Shown: one piece after another, positions 40,280 through 50,297 of the stretch
Layout of the letters: the number at the start of each line of letters is the position of its first letter
Numbering within the stretch: the first letter of the stretch is position 1
From: a virus
Taxonomy: Duplodnaviria; Caudoviricetes
Direction: 5' to 3' (one strand)
Virus record (IMG/VR): IMGVR_UViG_3300045580_000473
Location: 1-64,000 of that record
DNA: 64,000 nucleotides
The notes under the pieces: generated by a model
Databases searched by the model: none
The model's input: only the letters and a program-made list of their open reading frames with translations
What the model was told of the DNA's origin: nothing
Position numbers and translations under genes: made by a program

Positions 40280-40583
40280 AATTACCCTTTCTTAAGAATT
40301 GCCCACGATCCGAATAGACGAATCTTGAATTGCCCCGGCTGACCGTACGCTACCGCCATTATTCCCTGTGATAGAAAATGCCGGCATGTTCGCGACCGTT
40401 ACTTCAGATGACGGAGCCTCGGTTAAAAGATATTCGCTGCCGTCTGCAAATCGTAACGACACGCCATTTGTTGTATGCCCCACGCCAACAAGACAGGCGT
40501 CGTCGAGCCATTTCGTAGCATATTCGCAAAATACCTGCAAGACCTCGGCGGCACACGAGTCGTGCGAGTTGGCGTTCTGGTAG

Positions 40584-41372
40584 TCACTCAGAATCTTTGC
40601 GAACATTTCGTTTACCGGCATACCGCACCTCCTGTTTTGGCTCTTTGGCTTTTTTCTTTTGCTTATTAGCTGCCGCCACAGATTCTCGCAGCGTTTTGGT
40701 GCTCTGCAAGACCAGCTTGTCCATTTTGACTTTTTGTTTGCAGGCTTTGATTTTCTGACTCACCTCAGAAAGAAGGTTCCGTGCCGCGTGGGTAAACATT
40801 CTGAGCACGTAATACTTGTTCGCGGCGTGTACGGCAAGCAGATCGCCGTCGAGTTGGGCGAGTATCTTTTTTGACTTCGGAACGACACCTATGCCCACGA
40901 CTTCGATCGCCTGCATCAACGCGTGGGCGGTGCAAATAATATCGGCGACCGCGACGATCTGAGCCCCAACCGGACTTTGGCTTAACCGGCCGCGGAACTC
41001 CATATCCCGCTTTGTTTCGACCAGCCGGTAATCGCGGCTAATCGCGGCTACCATGGCGGCGATCTGGACGTTCGTGACCTCGGCAATGTTTTCAAACGCA
41101 CACGAACTGACGTTTAAGACATCGTGCAAGATGCTGCAATGCACAATAGCAATGACGCCGTCTTTCGTCTCGTCAGGCATGTAGTCCGCCCGCATATCCT
41201 GATACAGACGCGTGGCAATCTTTTCAGCCTGCCGGGCCACTTGCTTCGCGTGAGCGAGCAGGTTATCGCCAGCGTTGGTGGTCTTGGCCGCGTAGCACTG
41301 CGTAGCAAACTGCAGGGTTTTTTCCAGCGATAACTCGTCCAGTTTTTTCATGGGTGCCTCCGTGCACCACAA
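40584..41372 (-). CDS. HD-domain protein, degenerate RelA/SpoT-hydrolase (Mesh1/SAH)-like
   Basis: H..QVA...ILHDVL...V..AD layout is present, but the catalytic ED and N are missing. Confidence 0.55.
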   Translation of the reverse strand: MWCTEAPMKKLDELSLEKTLQFATQCYAAKTTNAGDNLLAHAKQVARQAEKIATRLYQDMRADYMPDETKDGVIAIVHCSILHDVLNVSSCAFENIAEVTNVQIAAMVAAISRDYRLVETKRDMEFRGRLSQSPVGAQIVAVADIICTAHALMQAIEVVGIGVVPKSKKILAQLDGDLLAVHAANKYYVLRMFTHAARNLLSEVSQKIKACKQKVKMDKLVLQSTKTLRESVAAANKQKKKAKEPKQEVRYAGKRNVRKDSE

Positions 41373-41375
41373 CTT

Positions 41376-42416
41376 TCAAACCAGCCGCAGAATCGACTGC
41401 CATCCTAGCTCGAATGACTTGCGGCGGGAGTTCAGGTTGTAGTTGATTTTTTTGTTCATATTGTCGATATGCCATGGCTCAGCAAGCAGCGTCTGTAACG
41501 CGTCCGCAAATCGCTCGTAGTCTGGGGCTGCGTGCGGAACGCCGTTTTCGTCAAAGTCTATTTTTGTCTTGACCAGCACGCCGTTCGCGTCAGGATATAC
41601 GAAGTCGGTCTGGGGCGATACAGCAAAAGTGATCACCGGCGTGCCACAGTTAATCGACATTAAGTTGCACGCCCCGAAATTGTCGCACTCGGCTGGAAAT
41701 ACCGTGAGGTCGTGGGCGGCGAATAAGGCCGGCCGGTCTGGCGGCTTGACGCCACGGATGAGTTGAACCCGCCCCGTCCGATCCCCGAGCCGCTGAAAAA
41801 ACTTGGCAATTGCCGGGGAAAACTTGCTCGACGAGATACAAACAGTTAAATAAGCCTCGGGGATATGCGTGAGCAAATACGCAAGATGGTCAAGAAAAAT
41901 GCTCTGCGTGCAGCGGGCGTTTCTGTCAAACCACGGTAAAAGCAATTTAATCTTGCGGTGGTTAATGCTGCCGTCTTTTTTCATAACGGGCAGCCCGGTA
42001 TCGAACGGAACCAGTGTCACGTTTCGAAACTTGTATACACCGTGAAAAAGCTCGCGGCACTCGGTCGACAGGGCGACGATGTGGTCGGCGTGCTTCGCGG
42101 CTTTGCGAAACGGCGGGTTAAGCTCCTGCCACATGGGCACAAGCACGGTCAGAATATTGTGCCGCTTGGCGTAGTTTAGCTGTTCGATTCGCGGAATGTG
42201 GGTCCACACAATCGCTGTTTTATCTTTAATCCAGCTTGTGAATTTTGACCGATTTTTGTAGATAACGCGATTGTCGTACCGCGATTTCAGCTTTGCCGGC
42301 TGATTATCGGCGTAAATAGAGAAGTCCACGCCGCGGTTCTGCAGGAAATCAGCCAGACGCAGGGCAAAGTATGTTTGGTCGCACTGGGCGTAGTGCGTGT
42401 AAATGCCGATACTCAT
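41376..42416 (-). CDS. Glycosyltransferase (GT-B, GT4-like)
   Basis: D..VFP...DNFG......CGTPVI.......FV....NG.LV motif. Confidence 0.7.
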   Translation of the reverse strand: MSIGIYTHYAQCDQTYFALRLADFLQNRGVDFSIYADNQPAKLKSRYDNRVIYKNRSKFTSWIKDKTAIVWTHIPRIEQLNYAKRHNILTVLVPMWQELNPPFRKAAKHADHIVALSTECRELFHGVYKFRNVTLVPFDTGLPVMKKDGSINHRKIKLLLPWFDRNARCTQSIFLDHLAYLLTHIPEAYLTVCISSSKFSPAIAKFFQRLGDRTGRVQLIRGVKPPDRPALFAAHDLTVFPAECDNFGACNLMSINCGTPVITFAVSPQTDFVYPDANGVLVKTKIDFDENGVPHAAPDYERFADALQTLLAEPWHIDNMNKKINYNLNSRRKSFELGWQSILRLV

Positions 42417-42418
42417 TA

Positions 42419-44350
42419 CTACATACCAGCGGGTGCGGGTTGTCCGTATTGCTGGGCCATAACCATGGCCCCGCCTTGCGAGCGAGCCTGCTGCCGAATG
42501 TCGTCAATGATGCTTGTAACCAACGCGTGCATCGTCGCGTCGCCGCGTTTGAGCTTGATAAGCTCCGAGTCTTTCTGCGTCTCAGGCAGCGACAGAAGCT
42601 GATTGGCGATAAGCTGAGCCTGCTGCTGGAGGTCTTCCGGCGTGCGGGGAATACTGCCAGAGTTGTGCCGCTGCATAAGGAACTGGTCGACAGCGGTCGG
42701 TTGGCCCGGCCCAGCGGGTGCTCCCGGAGCCGCGGGTGCTGGAGCCCCGCCCGGAGCCGGCATACCAGTCGCTCCAGCACCGGCTTGCCCCATGCCGCCC
42801 ATCATGTCGACAGACTGCGACAGGTCTTTCATCTGCTGAGCCTGCTCCATCTCCTTCTGCATCCGCTCTTGCTCTTCGGCGTAAATACGCTCCTCTTCGA
42901 GCATTCGCTTTGTCTCGTCCTCGTAATCAAGGCCGACGCTGCCGAGACCCGTGGTTTTGCTGATCATCTGACCCTGCATCAATTGCAGCTTGGCCATCTG
43001 GCGGTTGAGATCGTCGGCGTGTGTGACGCGTACAAGCTTGGCACCGACAGGTTCCCAAGACATGACCTTGGCGACATGACCAGCGAGGTCAGTCAAAAAC
43101 CGATTCATGTTGTGCGGTAAGTGACTCCAGTTGGCCTCAAACAACCGGAGGGCTGCCGGGGCCGCTTGGAACGACAGGGTGCCGTTAAACAGTTCGACCG
43201 GCATGCCGATGCACTTGAGCAGTGTTTCAAGACCTTGGTCGAGCAGGTCTCTTGGGGCAAGCTGGGACGCGTCGCCGCCAAGAGACTGATAGTTCACAGG
43301 GAACGGCAGCACGTTCCAGCGGGCCGGATCGGTGCGGCGGGCTCGGAGCATCGCCTGCACCCGGGCAGTGAAATTAGACAAATTAATCGTGTGCACGGGG
43401 TCGGCAGACTGGGCGTCGCCGCCGCGGGGTGCCGGCGTAATCACCCGGAACGGAATCACGTAGTCCAGAGCAATCGCTTCGTTGTAGCGATGCATAATCT
43501 GGTAGTACCACGCCTGACGGAAGTTGGTCAGGACGCGAGAGATGCCCCAGCCGCGGTTTCGCATGCCTGCAAGAGCGTCTTCCTTCAAGTGATAAATCAC
43601 GCCCTTGTCGAACATCAGGTTCTGTTCGTTCTTGATGGCCTGAATGACTTCCCAACTGGCACGCTCAAGATGGTGCAGGTGGCCCTGCTTGATCAGAGCC
43701 CGGTAGTCCTGCGGAATCTTCCAGACGTACGAGCACTCGTCGGTATACGGGTCCCAGAGAATGTCGATCTCGTGCGGGCTCCACCGCTTTACGTGCATGC
43801 TGTCGGTGTCACCTGATCGCCGGTCGATGTGTCGCCACTCGCCGGTTGTCTTGCACTTCGGGCACGTGGCGTGAAACTGAAAATCCTGCCACTTAAACGC
43901 ACACTGCTCTGAGTTGTAGACCTTGTCGAGCGGCATTTCGAGGCCGCAGGTCTTGCACGACAGATAGCGGCGGAACGGGACGAGCAGGCTGGTAAATGAG
44001 TTACCGTAGGACATGTAGTCCAACCCGATCGTGTGCAGAACGTTCTTAATACTGAGCGTGTCTTCGAGAAAGACCTGAAACTTTTCTTTCTCTTCTCGCC
44101 CAGTCGTGTTCTCGCCGATGTCGTAGACTTCGACGTCGGTAATGAAGTACGACACCACGCGGTCGATCGCCTGCCGGTACGGACCGTTGGCGTTCATAAC
44201 GTACTCAGTCCAGCGTAAAGCTGTCTGAATACTCTCGGGCATCGACAGGCTGGCAATGTCGCAGAACGGGTCTGGGAAACGTTCGTCAGACTGAACGCCC
44301 TTACCCAGCGAGTTGTAGCCCAGTTGTGAAGAAGGAGTAAGGGACACCAC
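42419..44350 (-). CDS. Probable portal protein with a zinc-ribbon insertion
   Basis: 643 aa; FPDPF.D N-terminus; DY..YGNSF; IYHLK.......WG clip-like region; Gln/Pro-rich tail; recalled similarity to large-phage portals. Confidence 0.55.
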   Translation of the reverse strand: MVSLTPSSQLGYNSLGKGVQSDERFPDPFCDIASLSMPESIQTALRWTEYVMNANGPYRQAIDRVVSYFITDVEVYDIGENTTGREEKEKFQVFLEDTLSIKNVLHTIGLDYMSYGNSFTSLLVPFRRYLSCKTCGLEMPLDKVYNSEQCAFKWQDFQFHATCPKCKTTGEWRHIDRRSGDTDSMHVKRWSPHEIDILWDPYTDECSYVWKIPQDYRALIKQGHLHHLERASWEVIQAIKNEQNLMFDKGVIYHLKEDALAGMRNRGWGISRVLTNFRQAWYYQIMHRYNEAIALDYVIPFRVITPAPRGGDAQSADPVHTINLSNFTARVQAMLRARRTDPARWNVLPFPVNYQSLGGDASQLAPRDLLDQGLETLLKCIGMPVELFNGTLSFQAAPAALRLFEANWSHLPHNMNRFLTDLAGHVAKVMSWEPVGAKLVRVTHADDLNRQMAKLQLMQGQMISKTTGLGSVGLDYEDETKRMLEEERIYAEEQERMQKEMEQAQQMKDLSQSVDMMGGMGQAGAGATGMPAPGGAPAPAAPGAPAGPGQPTAVDQFLMQRHNSGSIPRTPEDLQQQAQLIANQLLSLPETQKDSELIKLKRGDATMHALVTSIIDDIRQQARSQGGAMVMAQQYGQPAPAGM

Positions 44351-44521
44351 GCACCCCGTTAATTAGCGGCGTTTTGGGCTGTTTCGGCGGCACGCTTGCG
44401 GAAATCATTGTCCAACTCAGCGACCGTGGGCTTTTTGTCGTGATTATCGGCGGCTGTTTTTTCCGGCTCGTGCTCCGGGTTTGTTACATCCGACCTGATC
44501 ACACCTTGCTTTTCCATAAGC

Positions 44522-45451
44522 TCACATTCCGGTGGACATGACAGCCCGCTCGACCAGTAAAACGCAGTACTCGCGGTTATCATAAACATACTGAAAACCC
44601 GTCGTATGCACAAGATACAGTTTAGAGTCCTCGTTGATCTGGGCCGCCCACGGACGCTGATACGGGTCGTTTGCCGGCGGGAACCAACGAGCCGCATTTT
44701 GCTCAAAACGGAGATCGTAAATTAACACCATGAAACCGCTCTCTTCGAGCGAGTCATCGTTAATGGGCGAGGTTGACACGATAATGTCATGAAAAAACGC
44801 GGGAACGGTGCCGATGCCCTCTTTTTCAAAATAGACAAGCTTTTGTGGCGGACCACAGCGGACATTACTCGTCGCGGCTGTGCCAGCCACCTGCGTAGCA
44901 GGCGACTTCTTTTTTAAGCCAAACGCGGCCATGGGGCTGTAGCTTCGGTCGATCTTTTCTAGAGGTAACGCCGCAGGCACAGGAGGCGGCGTGATACGCC
45001 GGTTCATTTCCTCCTCCAGTTCCTCGACGATTTCTACTTCATCGTACTCTTCTTCCACGGCCTTTGGGGCCGGATTTGACCGGCGAACAGGAGTTTTCTG
45101 CACGCCAGACTTATTCATTTTTGCCAGTTCCTCAAATACCATGGCGGCTCGCTCCCTGATTGTGTCGATGTCGTCCCCGGGCAGTTGCTGCTCCGCAGCA
45201 GAGATTGCCGCGTTGACCCGGTCCTGTGTCATCTGGTCAAACCCAAGCGAATTAACGTTTTTACCTTCTGGGTCAATAATGTTAATTCGCACTTTCGACA
45301 TATCGTGCGGGTCGTAGTTGACCGGAGTGCCGCCGGCGGTCGCCTTTCCGACGACAACACCGCGGAGCCCGTATGGCCCGCGGCGAATGGCGTCGGCCAT
45401 TGTGCGGCCACTCTCCAGTTGCACCTGTGCCGGGTCCTGATATGTCGGCAT
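44522..45451 (-). CDS. Hypothetical protein
   Basis: 309-aa ORF; GAGG Shine-Dalgarno directly after terminator motif copy 5. Confidence 0.65.
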   Translation of the reverse strand: MPTYQDPAQVQLESGRTMADAIRRGPYGLRGVVVGKATAGGTPVNYDPHDMSKVRINIIDPEGKNVNSLGFDQMTQDRVNAAISAAEQQLPGDDIDTIRERAAMVFEELAKMNKSGVQKTPVRRSNPAPKAVEEEYDEVEIVEELEEEMNRRITPPPVPAALPLEKIDRSYSPMAAFGLKKKSPATQVAGTAATSNVRCGPPQKLVYFEKEGIGTVPAFFHDIIVSTSPINDDSLEESGFMVLIYDLRFEQNAARWFPPANDPYQRPWAAQINEDSKLYLVHTTGFQYVYDNREYCVLLVERAVMSTGM

Positions 45452-45461
45452 AAAAACCTCT

Positions 45462-45503
45462 GATAGCTAAAAAAAGGGGGGAGTGCTACATAGCACTTCC
45501 CCC
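45462..45503 (-). terminator. Terminator with TTTTTTTAGCTATC tail (copy 5)
   Basis: GGGGGAAGTGCT/AGCACTCCCCCC hairpin, T7, AGCTATC. Confidence 0.85.
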
Positions 45504-45779
45504 CAGAAAATCCTTCGGGCCGAGGGCGTCGCAAACGCTGTATAACAGATTCCGGGGAATCTGGAAATACAACCTGCCGAGTGGAATGCCGCTACCGCAA
45601 GCCGTCACGACGTGCTCTGCGGTCGGTATCACTTCAGCGACGACCCCGCCGGAAAGAAGGTGGGCCACCACCAAACCTGATGTTTCGTCTTCTGGGAAGA
45701 CGGGGAGTATGTGCGGCTCGACGTCGTGGTCGAGCAGCCAATTTAACACTGGTTTATCAGGTTTGAGGAAGAATCGCAT
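45486..45779 (-). CDS. Hypothetical protein
   Basis: Last ORF of the 47091-45462 unit. Confidence 0.55.
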   Translation of the reverse strand: MRFFLKPDKPVLNWLLDHDVEPHILPVFPEDETSGLVVAHLLSGGVVAEVIPTAEHVVTACGSGIPLGRLYFQIPRNLLYSVCDALGPKDFLGGSAM

Positions 45780-45784
45780 CGTGT

Positions 45785-46813
45785 CTATGCGTTTTCTTGC
45801 ACCACGGCCGGTCGGGTGCTGGACGGGGCCCAGTTATTCGGTGTTAACACCGTGCCGCTGTAATCGTCCGGCAGGTCATAGGCAGTTTCCATTGGGAACA
45901 ACTGCACTGCTGAAAGCCGGCTGATTCGCAGCGGGTTCGTCGGATTCTTGGCGGCAAGCAACAGGTCGTTGAATGACGCCTCCCAGCGGTACTTTGCCGG
46001 AAGCTCAGACCGCATGGCCAGCACGACAGCCTCGGGGGCGTACAACGTGGCTTCGTCACGCGGCAGCTTTACCGAGAAATAAGGCTTGCGAAACAGCAAC
46101 GCCTCTACCGCCGTCGCCCACTCCACGTCGAAATCCGGCACAGCCGCCTTAAACTCGACAACCATGTCTTCGAGTTCTGGCTGGCTGACGCCGAGCGGAT
46201 ACTCAATTCCGCGACGGGACAGAACCTTATCCGCAGGATTGGGCAATCGCACATCCACAGCCTCGATGAACTTGGCGGGATTGTCGACTTCAAAACCCAG
46301 CACCGAAGAATAGTCTTCGGCTACGATCCGACCGTTCTCGCGAATTGCGGTCGGGAAGCGGATCGGCTGCAGTTCTTCGTGCATACCGAAAGAAGCCCGA
46401 CGACCGTAGGCAGCGACTGCAGCAAGCAGTTCGTTTGCACGGCGAGCGAGCACGATGTTGTTCGCGGGAAGCGTCTTGCCGCCACCGCGAGGAGCGTATA
46501 CCAGCGAGATGTCGTAACTGAAGATGACCGAGTAGGCCAGCTTTCCGTTACGCGGGCGGCTGATGGCACCCGTGAAAGTCAGACTGTCTTCCTTCACTTC
46601 GAGCGTCAGCAGGGGCGGGCGTCGAAGCTTTCCAAGGGGCTTGATCGGGTTGTCAAACGTCTGGTCGATACCGGGGAGATAGAGACCGGCGGAAACACCA
46701 GTCAGATAGTGCGAAACATCATCGAACCGCTTTAGCAGTCGACGCTGTTGAGCGATAATAGAAGCGACTTTTTCGCTTACCTGCGAGTCAAGTTGTTCTG
46801 CTGCTATGGTCAT
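45785..46813 (-). CDS. Hypothetical protein
   Basis: 342-aa ORF with AAGGA Shine-Dalgarno. Confidence 0.65.
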   Translation of the reverse strand: MTIAAEQLDSQVSEKVASIIAQQRRLLKRFDDVSHYLTGVSAGLYLPGIDQTFDNPIKPLGKLRRPPLLTLEVKEDSLTFTGAISRPRNGKLAYSVIFSYDISLVYAPRGGGKTLPANNIVLARRANELLAAVAAYGRRASFGMHEELQPIRFPTAIRENGRIVAEDYSSVLGFEVDNPAKFIEAVDVRLPNPADKVLSRRGIEYPLGVSQPELEDMVVEFKAAVPDFDVEWATAVEALLFRKPYFSVKLPRDEATLYAPEAVVLAMRSELPAKYRWEASFNDLLLAAKNPTNPLRISRLSAVQLFPMETAYDLPDDYSGTVLTPNNWAPSSTRPAVVQENA

Positions 46814-46830
46814 TTGAATTGTGTCCTTAG

Positions 46831-47016
46831 TTACAGGCTACGAACGATGTCTTTACGCTTTACGTTCGCGTCGTAATACAGATTCGACTTTCCTGTTTCC
46901 CACTCTGTAGCTGTGACCACAAGTGGCGGTTTTGAATAGAACACCAAAAGAATCTTGTCATCGCCAATCTTTCGCTGCCGCTTGACCGCGGACCCACGAA
47001 ATGTAACAACACGCAT
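46831..47016 (-). CDS. Small basic hypothetical protein
   Basis: First ORF after promoter copy 5; purine-rich Shine-Dalgarno. Confidence 0.55.
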   Translation of the reverse strand: MRVVTFRGSAVKRQRKIGDDKILLVFYSKPPLVVTATEWETGKSNLYYDANVKRKDIVRSL

Positions 47017-47061
47017 ATGATCCCTTTCTTTACCCGCGAGAGAACACAGCGGGCGTACTAA

Positions 47062-47091
47062 ATATGCCGCGTTATTGCGAATAGTTTAGCT
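47062..47091 (-). promoter_or_regulatory. Putative promoter AGCTAAA-N16-GGCATAT (copy 5)
   Basis: AGCTAAACTATTCGCAATAACGCGGCATAT; the TAA stop of ORF 47086-47502 lies within it. Confidence 0.75.
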
Positions 47092-47502
47092 GTCGGGATC
47101 AGGCAGGGCGTTGTCGAATATGTTGATGGCGGCACCCTCGTCGTCATCAGAAAAGAACTCGTCTGACGCCGGCGTCGGGCGGCCAACGCTTGGCACGGCA
47201 AGCTGGGGCGGGTCTTCAAGGTGCGTGGGATCAAGACCCAGATATCCTGTGTCGTCCGGCTCAATAACCGGGTCGGTGTCGAACAGCGGGATGTTTCCGG
47301 CGGCTGTAATCAGATACCGCATCGGCGGTTTTGAGACGTGCAGCCGCGTGCCGTTGAAACACGCCACGGATACGTCGTGGTTGATGAGTTCTTTCAAACG
47401 GTCGGCAAGCTGCTGGGCCGTCTCGAACGCCTCGGTGACGAGGCTACCGTCAGACTGAAGAATGACAGCATAAAACGCATTTGCGGCTTTTTCTTCGCTC
47501 AT
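47086..47502 (-). CDS. Acidic hypothetical protein
   Basis: ORF abutting both neighbours. Confidence 0.6.
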   Translation of the reverse strand: MSEEKAANAFYAVILQSDGSLVTEAFETAQQLADRLKELINHDVSVACFNGTRLHVSKPPMRYLITAAGNIPLFDTDPVIEPDDTGYLGLDPTHLEDPPQLAVPSVGRPTPASDEFFSDDDEGAAINIFDNALPDPDS

Positions 47503-47503
47503 G

Positions 47504-48148
47504 TTAATCCCGCATGTCGAGAGGATCGTTTTCTGTGAACGGGCTCAGAATACCGTTTTGCTGTAAAAACCCAAGAGCGGCTGCGGGAGACGGTACGGGT
47601 ATTTGTCGAACACCGGGCGGGCCTTTCAGTCGCCTCTCTAACATCGTAATGAATTTGTTGGAGATCACGCCAAATACTTTTACGGCCAACAATTCATTAA
47701 ACCACGATGTGGGATCAGGTATTGCCAAGTCGTAGGCAAATACGCTGGCAAAGAAACCGGTCTTGGGCTCCGAAAAAGCGATGCCCGACAAAAACGCGAA
47801 ACACTCTTCTTCGCGGTCTTTATCAATTCCGTATATGCGTTTATCCCAATTGACGGGGAGCGGGTATCCCGGAAGCTTGTGCACGCCAAGGCCGGCAAAG
47901 AAAAATTCATCTGTATCCGCCTTAAGGTCGATACAGAACGGCCGGCTGTCGGACGACTCGGCTGGGAACCGGGCGTCAAACTCCGTTACCGGGTCGCGGT
48001 CAAAGCCGCCGTGCGTTAAAAGCAACGCCGGCGTAAACAGAGAGATTTTCTTTTCAAAGCCCCGCAGTACGTCAGCACAGGACCGGGTCGTAATCCGATC
48101 CGCGTTCGTTACGGCGTCTAATTCCCTGAACGAGCCCGGCGTGCTCAT
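47504..48148 (-). CDS. Hypothetical protein
   Basis: ORF abutting both neighbours. Confidence 0.6.
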   Translation of the reverse strand: MSTPGSFRELDAVTNADRITTRSCADVLRGFEKKISLFTPALLLTHGGFDRDPVTEFDARFPAESSDSRPFCIDLKADTDEFFFAGLGVHKLPGYPLPVNWDKRIYGIDKDREEECFAFLSGIAFSEPKTGFFASVFAYDLAIPDPTSWFNELLAVKVFGVISNKFITMLERRLKGPPGVRQIPVPSPAAALGFLQQNGILSPFTENDPLDMRD

Positions 48149-48151
48149 ACG

Positions 48152-48790
48152 TCACTTCTTCTGTTGGGGCATCCCGGCGTGAATACGTTGGATCAGCATC
48201 AGCAGCACGAACGCCGCGTCGACCACGTTGTCGATACCAGTCGACTTGTACTTCGCGGAATCGAACGCGGCTCCCAACGACTTGTTGGCGGCAATAATCA
48301 TGTCTTCTTTGCTGGCCTTCCCGTTCCCCGTCGCGAACTTTTTAATTGTAGCGATCGCGTAGCCGTTGGAGACAATGTTGTTCTCTTCAGCCCACGTTGC
48401 CGCGGTGACCTTCATGCCGCCGAGAACTTCTGAGGCCGTAGCGACGCGGGAAAGAACTGCCGGGATACCGAACTTCTTGTTCATGAAGAATTCTTTGGGC
48501 GGGGAGTACTTGACGTCCTCCCAGCCGATCACGTGCGGAGCCGTGACATTTAAAAACGCCCGCAGCCGCACAAAGCGGGCGGCACCAGACTCCAACCCCT
48601 GCGTCGACAGGTCCCACTGAAAAAGCTGCAGCCGGTCTTGCAACAGCTTTTTACCCGGAAGCAGGTCGTAGATTGCGACTCCGCAATTGCTACCTAAATC
48701 GAGACCCAAGAATCGCGTCGCCTCGGGCGGGCAGGCACCCACCTTGGATTCAAACGCGTCCGGGTCTTTGTACATCCTATACTTGGGCAT
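48152..48790 (-). CDS. RuvC-like Holliday junction resolvase
   Basis: LGLDLG; WED; IKKFATGNGKASKEDM; DNVVDA. Confidence 0.8.
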   Translation of the reverse strand: MPKYRMYKDPDAFESKVGACPPEATRFLGLDLGSNCGVAIYDLLPGKKLLQDRLQLFQWDLSTQGLESGAARFVRLRAFLNVTAPHVIGWEDVKYSPPKEFFMNKKFGIPAVLSRVATASEVLGGMKVTAATWAEENNIVSNGYAIATIKKFATGNGKASKEDMIIAANKSLGAAFDSAKYKSTGIDNVVDAAFVLLMLIQRIHAGMPQQKK

Positions 48791-49434
48791 TACTTGTTCC
48801 TTCCAAAAAGACGAGCGAAGAAACCACGCGGTTTAGATTTCAGTTGGTCTAACTCCATCTGCAAACGAAGCACTTCGCTCGTCTTTCGTTTATATGCGTC
48901 TAGCAGGTCACGCTCGCGGCCACGGAGTGTGTCGTTCTCCATGCGGAGATGCTCTGCCATAAAATTGGCGTCGTAGGTTGAGGACTTATTCTTATTCGCA
49001 AAATCCCGTACGGTCGCCACGAAGCGAGCCATATCGGTCTGGGCGGGCGACTCTTGTCCGACGACAGAGACTTCCCGCACAGCAGAAAACCACGCGGCAC
49101 AGAACACCTCGCCTATTGCCGCCCAGAGGTATTGCCGCACGCAGTAGCGAACGTCAAAGAAATTATGGCGGTTTAACGCGGCGTCCAAACTGTTCACCGG
49201 GTCGGCCGCGTTTACGAAATCGCGTTGGGCCGCGGCCAGAGCCTCGGCAACGCCGACGATCTCCTGCTCCGTGATGTTCTGCTCCGCCCGCCAGCGAGAG
49301 CGGTCGATGTCGTCATTGGCGTCGAGCTTTTCGATCGCCTGCCGCATCAACGTCGGCGTGATATAGGCGTAGTCACGCTCAGGGTTATACAGAGGGCCGG
49401 AGTCTCCTTTCCGGCGATAACCGATATCAGCCAT
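48790..49434 (-). CDS. Hypothetical protein with a C-terminal coiled coil and amphipathic GFFARLFG tail
   Basis: AAGGAG Shine-Dalgarno; KPRGFFARLFG resembles membrane-targeting helices. Confidence 0.6.
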   Translation of the reverse strand: MADIGYRRKGDSGPLYNPERDYAYITPTLMRQAIEKLDANDDIDRSRWRAEQNITEQEIVGVAEALAAAQRDFVNAADPVNSLDAALNRHNFFDVRYCVRQYLWAAIGEVFCAAWFSAVREVSVVGQESPAQTDMARFVATVRDFANKNKSSTYDANFMAEHLRMENDTLRGRERDLLDAYKRKTSEVLRLQMELDQLKSKPRGFFARLFGRNK

Positions 49435-49451
49435 AGTTTCCTCCTTGAAAC

Positions 49452-50297
49452 TCAGTTAATTGTATAGCGATTCACCCTGCAGCAGTTAACGCACATGACC
49501 CCGGGACTTTCGGGATCGAAGAAAGCCACCGTGTCACAGTTGTGGCAGTGAGACTCGACGTACGTCTTGGCGTGCACCGCAAACGGACATTCGTTGTACC
49601 CGACAAAGCAATTTGTGCAAGCGTGCTGGAACCCCTCGGGGCACGGTGCCGTACGACACCGGACAGCCAGCAGGCCTTTGTTGTGCTTGAGCATGCTGCT
49701 CGTCACGCTAACCTGCCTAAAGTACGGCTTCTCGCGGCTGCGTTCGGCCTCAATATGAGCGAAGAACATCAGATTTACAAAATGCATCCCGATGCCCGCG
49801 TACTGGTACGGACCCCACGAATTTGTCGAAAACCCGACCAACCGAGAAATAGCCCGGCAACTGTTTGTTGAAAAGAACTGCGGGAAAAGCTCCGTGCACG
49901 GGCTTCCAGCCAACGCACGGCAGGAGAAAATAAAACCAGATTTATCCCGCCGCTTGGCCGGAATCACACGCTCTACGCAGACTGGCACTATCTCGTCATA
50001 TAACTGACGCGTCCAAGGCAACACAGGCTCGCCGTCAACGAGCTTGTCCAGATTGCCGGCTAAACGCCACGCCAGCATCGCCGCAGCCTTGTGAGACAGC
50101 GTCGTGCCGGCCAGCACACGAATCGACTCGAACACGGCGTTACGGGAGACTACGGGCGGCAGAGCCGACAGCAGCCTGTCCGCAACTTCATAAATAATGT
50201 TACCAGTGACGGGCTGGTCTCTAAATGCGTCGAGCACAGTCATCAACTGTGCTCGGCGACGAAGAATCTGAGTTCGGCTAAATTTCTTTGCCGTCAT
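49452..50297 (-). CDS. Hypothetical protein with a Cys-rich C-terminus
   Basis: Multiple CxxC motifs. Confidence 0.6.
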   Translation of the reverse strand: MTAKKFSRTQILRRRAQLMTVLDAFRDQPVTGNIIYEVADRLLSALPPVVSRNAVFESIRVLAGTTLSHKAAAMLAWRLAGNLDKLVDGEPVLPWTRQLYDEIVPVCVERVIPAKRRDKSGFIFSCRALAGSPCTELFPQFFSTNSCRAISRLVGFSTNSWGPYQYAGIGMHFVNLMFFAHIEAERSREKPYFRQVSVTSSMLKHNKGLLAVRCRTAPCPEGFQHACTNCFVGYNECPFAVHAKTYVESHCHNCDTVAFFDPESPGVMCVNCCRVNRYTIN

